Both the position numbers and the translations under genes were made by a program. The notes below the pieces were generated by a model. That model was not told the DNA's origin, did not search any database, and worked only from the letters and a program-made list of their open reading frames with translations. Positions 58,411 through 64,000 of a stretch of 64,000 nt of DNA are shown piece by piece. Origin of the DNA: Rhodosorus marinus CCMP1338. Lineage: Eukaryota > Plantae > Rhodophyta. The first letter of the stretch is position 1. Each line of letters starts with the position of its first letter. The DNA lies in NCBI GenBank assembly GCA_029953675.1, contig JAMWBK010000002.1, positions 124,001-188,000 on the forward strand, in the 5' to 3' direction.

Positions 58411-59165
58411 ACACAAAGAGTCTACAGCTTGCAAAGGCCTTGGCGAACTGCCCTGCCCGGCCCCCGCCGGCGGGATGAAGCTCTGGCTACTGGCTCCCGA
58501 AGAAATCAGGGCAGTGATCGAATCAAGCAGATTGCGCGTTGCAAAGGCCGTTGGGCCACGATGCAGAAGAGTCTGCTTACTAGATTCAATAAAATAAAGG
58601 AATAACGTGCTCCAAATTTTCATTGTGTTGGGTTGTAAGCTAAGGTCTCCCTTTCACATCGAAGTTAGGCCTTGAAATAAGTGGCTTGTTTGCTCGACGG
58701 GAAGTGAATCTTGGGGGGTTTGATTTGGAACCGCGAGGTAGTTAATTTCGTGCTTGAATGTATGTCTTTTACGAAGATTGACCTCTGGAACAGAAGAAAT
58801 CGGATAGAGGTCGTAGGTAATTGCGTACAGGATCAAATTTCATGGCGGTTGAAAGGACGCAGCTGCGAAAAGTTTTTGGAGGGCAGAATGAACTGGGAAT
58901 TGTGGTTAGCTCCGCTGTATACAGACATACCACATATGTATATATATAAATATGACACTTCCGCTTGACTTACTTGTGACGGCAAGGGGGCAAGCCGAAG
59001 CGTCGGGAAGAGGTCGCCTGATGGTGTGGATGGTTGTGGCAAAGCATAGTTAAGCCGTTTGTACACGTTGGGAAGAGTTTGCCAGGAGAGGGTAGACGTC
59101 AGTGAGGCACTTGTACTGTGTCGGTCGATTCCGAAGTGCGAGTTTCGGTGTTTGAAAAGGATAAG

Positions 59166-60500
59166 ATGAGGGTTCTACCTGTAGTGGGAATAGTGCTCGG
59201 CTTGCTCGCAGGTTTGGCCTGTGGCAGCGGTGTTTCTTTGGACGGGGATGCGCTATACTCGAGGAGATCATCAGCAACAGACTTAAGGAAGTGCTCTTTC
59301 TTCACGAATCAGTTTAACAAAGTCGATCTCGGTAATGGAAAGCAGAAATGCTATTGGCTCCGTGATTCCGGGGGTAGCATGGATCTTGTCGGTACAGTAT
59401 GTAACGAGCTCGTCGAGCAATATGGAAAGCTGTGTGTCAAGTTCCGGTTCAGCGCCCGTGTCGAATGGGAGTTAATGACGACTTTCGCGGGAATAAGAGG
59501 CGACTGCAACAAGCCAGGCACCTATCCATTCCAGGAGAAGAAAAAAGGGCCTAGGAAGACGATGAACCTGACAGTCTGTCTGGACGAGTTCAAGGTTCCT
59601 AAGGGTGACGACCGTGAAGGCTGCTGCAACGAAGACATTTGCATGTTCATAAAAGCTAAGGTCCGCAAAGTTGGAAGAACTGCCATCAAGAACGCTTACC
59701 CGGAGGAGGATGTGGAAAGGTGTGCAATCAGGTCGGATACTGATTTCGTTTCCTGCCGACGAAAGCTCAAATGCAGAAATGTTGCAACCCCGATCCCGAC
59801 ACCGATCCCGACACCGATACCGACCCCGGTCCCGACACCGATACCGACCCCGGTCCCGACACCGGACCCGGTATGCCAGGATTACGCAGACGCCTTCGAC
59901 GCAGTTTTCCTGAGCAATGAGGAGCAGTGCTACAATCTGGTTATTACTCAGACTGGACCAACGGCTGCAGTAGTCTGTATTACAGCGACAGAGACGAACG
60001 GCCAGACGTGTCTGAGGTATTCGTTCATGGCCGAAACCGGCTTTACTCTCGACACGGTCCGCGCTGGGGCGTCCGCCAACTGTGACAATCTGGGAGAGGA
60101 CCCCATCCAGGTAGAAGAGACAGCTGGAGACCCAGGTATGTGGGTCGTGAACGTCTGCCTAGACGAATTCACAGCACCTCCTGGGGAGGATGGAGAGGGA
60201 TGCTGCAACGGGCCAATCTGTGTTATTACGCAGGCTAACGTCACTGAAACGGGCAGCACAGTCAATGTCAACGTTCCGGCCTCCCCCTCTACCAATGGGA
60301 CTGATCAATGCCTTGTTCGAACCCCGAGTTTGTTCGTTGGGTGCCCTGTTGAATTGAGTTGCGAAGATGTGGAGGAGACCTCAACGCCGATCCCCGGAAC
60401 ACCGCTGCCAGGAAATGTAATACCTAACGGTACCCGGTTGGTGCGGGATCCAAGCATTGAGATGGAGCCGATGGCTACGGAAATGGCAATGCCCGAATAA
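59166..60500 (+). CDS. Secreted two-domain Cys-rich protein with Pro/Thr linker (copy 1)
   Basis: Signal-like MRVLPVVGIVLGLLAGLACG; two domains homologous to those of 27080-28297; (PTPI/V)n linker. Confidence 0.85.
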   Translation: MRVLPVVGIVLGLLAGLACGSGVSLDGDALYSRRSSATDLRKCSFFTNQFNKVDLGNGKQKCYWLRDSGGSMDLVGTVCNELVEQYGKLCVKFRFSARVEWELMTTFAGIRGDCNKPGTYPFQEKKKGPRKTMNLTVCLDEFKVPKGDDREGCCNEDICMFIKAKVRKVGRTAIKNAYPEEDVERCAIRSDTDFVSCRRKLKCRNVATPIPTPIPTPIPTPVPTPIPTPVPTPDPVCQDYADAFDAVFLSNEEQCYNLVITQTGPTAAVVCITATETNGQTCLRYSFMAETGFTLDTVRAGASANCDNLGEDPIQVEETAGDPGMWVVNVCLDEFTAPPGEDGEGCCNGPICVITQANVTETGSTVNVNVPASPSTNGTDQCLVRTPSLFVGCPVELSCEDVEETSTPIPGTPLPGNVIPNGTRLVRDPSIEMEPMATEMAMPE

Positions 60501-60559
60501 GAAGGGCAGGGAGAAGGTGGGGTGATGAATTGGAAATTGATGAATTTTAGTACTCGAAT

Positions 60560-61125
60560 CCTGTTCACGTTTAAGATAGATATCGAGTCACGTCGACATC
60601 GTAAAGCATTGAGTCAATCCGCAGCTTGTCTTTAATTCTGAGGTCGAACTTGCCCTCTTGCGCGTTTTCCGTCGCCTGAAATACAACGTCGAGACGTAAC
60701 CGGAACGCCAGACTCGCCAGCAGCTGACCTTAATTGTTCGCTTCCACCAGATTGGATGGTTGGAACAACTCGCACTCACCCAAGTACTAGTGAAAGAAGT
60801 GCGGTCCGCGGCACTACGCAATCAACCCTATCTGGATCTCAAGCGAATCTGTTTCCAACTTTTAGACTGAACTAGGGCGCATTTTGGACGGTTGTGAACC
60901 TGCGTGGGGGTGCCTGGCACGCAGGCGCGTGCCCTCCTGTCCCAAGTGACCAGCTTGCGGTTACCTTGAGACGGCCGATTTGAACGATTCCGGAGAGGAA
61001 TATTCTCTCCTTGCTAGGTACCGAGATGGGGCTCTTTCGTATGACTCTGCGTTGGGGAGGTCGTACGTCCTCTTGGGCCAGATGATCTATTCGCCGAGAT
61101 TCGTCATGCATGACTGTCTCGGGGT
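60560..61125 (+). other. Degenerate segment duplicated at ~63400-63990, with peptide similarity to family B ORF1 N-terminus
   Basis: Copy 2 reads FSTVTNLRGVSGMQARALLSAVTSL versus FSSEVDLEGASGTQARALISAVTSL in family B ORF1. Confidence 0.45.
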
Positions 61126-61127
61126 TA

Positions 61128-61213
61128 ACCCCTGGACAGGGGGCCTGGGTAAGTTAGAGCGGACATCGAACGTTCGTGCTGAGCTGCGGTAGGTAGCTGC
61201 CGAATAAAGTACC
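61128..61213 (+). mobile_element. ~85-bp family D 3'-tip insertion present only in duplicate copy 1
   Basis: CCTGGACAGGGGGCC..GCTGC-GGTAG-GTAGC TGCCG AATAAA. Absent at the equivalent site in copy 2 (GGGGTGCATGT, ~63980-63990). Confidence 0.7.
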
Positions 61214-61352
61214 GGGTTCATGTTACGCGAACCGGAGTACTGCTTGGGGGCGCGCAAACTCTCGTCCAAGCAGATCTGAATCGAGAACTCCGGCTTCTTT
61301 GGTTCCTGGACGTATTTCGTCCGACTGGTTTCGATGGCACCCCTACGATGTT

Positions 61353-61450
61353 CGAATGAATTTGTATATCTGAGACTGATAGAAATAACCTCGAGGGGAA
61401 AAAAAGACTGCTCGACGAATATCGCGCGCTCCGACATCAAGGCAGGGTTC
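61353..61450 (-). mobile_element. Degenerate family G 3' fragment
   Basis: NPALMSERAIFVEQSFFPLEV and TTCCCCTCGAGG..CAGATATACAAATTCATTCG resemble the 26071 and 51699 ends. Confidence 0.55.
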
Positions 61451-62040
61451 TGATTAGGAAAGCAAGAAGCGAGGAGCTTCCCGGGTAATGACGAATTTCC
61501 CAACATTATCGGAGAAGATCCGGGAAGAGCTATACTCTTGAAACTGAGGCATTTTGATTTCTTAATTTTGATTTCCCTTGTTCCCAACATCAGGACAGAG
61601 CCTCCCAATGCCAGGGAGCAGGAGGTGCTTCTCACATTCAATTTCAAGACCGACTTGCCGTACGAAATCGGAAACTTTTTTTCCCCGGGGAAAAAAAAAC
61701 GAAAAAAAAACGCAACCCTTGTTCACGCCAGTGCATTGGATAAACTGAAAAGGGACAGTTCATGTTTATCCTTTAATTGGCTTCATTAGCATAGCCTTTA
61801 ACTACGACAATGACTACCAATAATAAAGACTAAAGTCTTCTAAGAGCAAATTGTGAATAGCGGAGCTATTCGCAGACATACCTCGTATGTCTATATATAA
61901 ATATGAGACATCCGCTTTTCCTATGATCCGTGCAGACAAGCTCAGGCGCGGGGAAGACGACTGTATCCTGATCGTGTGGATGCTTGTGGCAAAGCGTAGT
62001 GAAACCGTTTGTACACGTTGGGAAGAGTTTGCCCAGAGGG

Positions 62041-63339
62041 ATGAGGGTTCTGCCCGTAGTGGGAATGGTGCTCGGCTTGCTCGCAGGTTTGGCCTGTGGC
62101 AGCGGTGTTTCTTTGGACGGGGATGCGCTGTATTCGATGAGATCATCAGCAACAGACTTAAGGAAGTGCTCTTTCTTCACGAATCAGTTTAACAAAGTCG
62201 ATCTCGGTAATGGAAAGCAGAAATGCTATTGGCTCCGTGATTCCGGGGGTAGCATGGATCTTGTCGGTACAGTATGTAACGAGCTCGTCGAGCAATACGG
62301 AAAGCTGTGTGTCAAGTTCCGGTTCAGCGCCCGTGTCGAATGGGAGTTAATGACGACTTTCGCGGGAATAAGAGGCGACTGCAACAAGCCAGGCACCTAT
62401 CCATTCCAGGAGAAGAAAAAAGGGCCTAGGAAGACGATGAACCTGACAGTCTGTCTGGACGAGTTCAAGGTTCCTAAGGGTGACGACCGTGAAGGCTGCT
62501 GCAACGAAGACATTTGCATGTTCATAAAAGCTAAGGTCCGCAAAGTTGGAAGAACTGCCATCAAGAACGCTTACCCGGAGGAGGATGTGGAAAGGTGTGC
62601 AATCAGGTCGGATACTGATTTCGTTTCCTGCCGACGAAAGCTCAAATGCAGAAATGTTGCAACCCCGATCCCGACACCGATACCGACCCCGATCCCGACA
62701 CCGGACCCGGTATGCCAGGATTACGCAGACGCCTTCGACTCAGTTTTCCTGAGCAATGAGGAGCAGTGCTACAATCTGGTTATTACTCAGACTGGACCAA
62801 CGGCTGCAGTAGTCTGTATTACAGCGACAGAGACGAACGGCCAGACGTGTCTGAGGTATTCGTTCATGGCCGAAACCGGCTTTACTCTCAACACGGTCCG
62901 CGCTGGGGCGTCCGCCAACTGTGACAATCTGGGAGAGGACCCCATCCAGGTAGAAGAGGCAGCTGGAGACCCAGGTATGTGGGTCGTGAACGTCTGCCTA
63001 GACGAGTTCACAGCGCCTCCTGGGGAGGATGGAGAGGGATGCTGCAACGGGCCAATCTGTGTTATTACGCAGGCTAACGTCACTGAAACGGGCAGCACAG
63101 TCAATGTCAACGTTCCGGCCTCCCCCTCTACCAATGGGACTGATCAATGCCTTGTTCGAACCCCGAGTTTGTTCGTTGGGTGCCCTGTTGAATTGAATTG
63201 CGAAGATGTGGAGGAGACTTCAACGCCGATCCCCGGAACACCGCTGCCAGGAAATGTAATACCTAACGGTACCCGGTTGGTGCGGGATCCAAGCATTGAG
63301 ATGGAGCCGATGGCTACGGAAATGGCAATGCCCGAATAA
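62041..63339 (+). CDS. Secreted two-domain Cys-rich protein with Pro/Thr linker (copy 2)
   Basis: About a dozen substitutions by eye versus copy 1; linker is 12 aa shorter. Confidence 0.85.
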   Translation: MRVLPVVGMVLGLLAGLACGSGVSLDGDALYSMRSSATDLRKCSFFTNQFNKVDLGNGKQKCYWLRDSGGSMDLVGTVCNELVEQYGKLCVKFRFSARVEWELMTTFAGIRGDCNKPGTYPFQEKKKGPRKTMNLTVCLDEFKVPKGDDREGCCNEDICMFIKAKVRKVGRTAIKNAYPEEDVERCAIRSDTDFVSCRRKLKCRNVATPIPTPIPTPIPTPDPVCQDYADAFDSVFLSNEEQCYNLVITQTGPTAAVVCITATETNGQTCLRYSFMAETGFTLNTVRAGASANCDNLGEDPIQVEEAAGDPGMWVVNVCLDEFTAPPGEDGEGCCNGPICVITQANVTETGSTVNVNVPASPSTNGTDQCLVRTPSLFVGCPVELNCEDVEETSTPIPGTPLPGNVIPNGTRLVRDPSIEMEPMATEMAMPE

Positions 63340-64000
63340 GAAGGGCAGGGAGAAGGTGGGGTGATGAATTGGAAATTGATGGATTTTAGTACTCTAATCC
63401 TGTTCACGTTTAAGATAGATATCGAGTCACGTCGACATCGTAAAGCATTGAGTCAATCCGCAGCTTCTTTTTAGTTCTGAGGTCGAACTTGCCCTCTTGC
63501 GCGTTTTCCGTCGCCTGAAATACAACGTCGAGACGTAACCGGAACGCCAGACTCGCCAGCAGCTGACCTTGATTGTTCGCTTCCACCAGATTGAATGGTT
63601 GGAACACCTCGCACTCACCCAAGTAGCAATGAAAGAAGTGCGGTCCGCGGCACTAGGCAATCAACCCTATCTGTACCTGGAGCGAATCTGTTTCCAACTT
63701 TTAGACTTAACTCGAACGCATTTTCGACGGTTACCCAGTAAAGCTTACGGTTACGAACTTGCGTGGGGTGTCAGGCATGCAGGCGCGTGCCCTCCTGTCC
63801 GCCGTGACCAGCTTGCGGTTACCTTGAGACGGCCGATTTGAACGATTCAGGAGAGGAATATCCCCTCCTTGGTGGGCACCCAGAAGGGGCTCTTTCGTAG
63901 GACTCTGTGATCGGGAAGGCGCACGTCCTCTTTGGCCAGATGATCTATTCGCCGAGATTCGTTATGCAAGACTTCCTAGGGGTGCATGTATAGCCAAATC

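Noticed and set aside
59788-59866. 12-bp periodic repeat as a CRISPR-like or non-coding array
   Set aside because: It is in-frame coding for the PTP(I/V) linker. No repeat-spacer array or cas gene exists in the window.
60570-61215. Initial reading as a decayed RLE domain because it ends in the hairpin-AATAAA motif
   Set aside because: The motif belongs to a separate tip insertion absent from the paralogous copy, and the peptide similarity fits ORF1 better than RLE.

Overview
Eukaryotic nuclear DNA, about half of it transposon-derived. It carries short GT-AG introns, Gypsy and hAT remnants and a eukaryotic 5S RNA; an algal or protist host is inferred only. The dominant content is at least six divergent families of CRE-like non-LTR retrotransposons (RT + CCHC + restriction-like endonuclease, RLE), labelled A-G here. 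Two copies are near full length (5351-10168 +, ~44980-49686 +). The rest are nested, mosaic or 5'-truncated, down to 20-100 bp 3'-tip insertions, several with 13-17 bp target-site duplications (TSDs). Also present: a 5'-truncated chromovirus-type Ty3/Gypsy element with its 3' LTR, three solo LTRs of a second family, several hAT relics and one 5S rRNA copy fused to a retrotransposon 3' fragment. Host genes are an exostosin/GT47 glycosyltransferase, an MFS transporter, an SDR, a multi-TM membrane protein and three secreted proteins built from two copies of an unrecognised Cys-rich domain. The most interesting signals: (1) families C/D/E insert in front of GTTAC-type sites and a 17-mer GTTACGTTAGTCTGGGG recurs as their TSD; (2) the families share a covarying 3' stem-loop followed by ANTAAA and have no poly(A) tail; (3) a 5S-CRE chimera; (4) a two-ORF architecture with a conserved GATGNNTGA overlap, an RRM-like ORF1 and (Y/F)HDD catalytic motifs. 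All alignments were done by eye, with no database searches; element boundaries are approximate unless a TSD is quoted.
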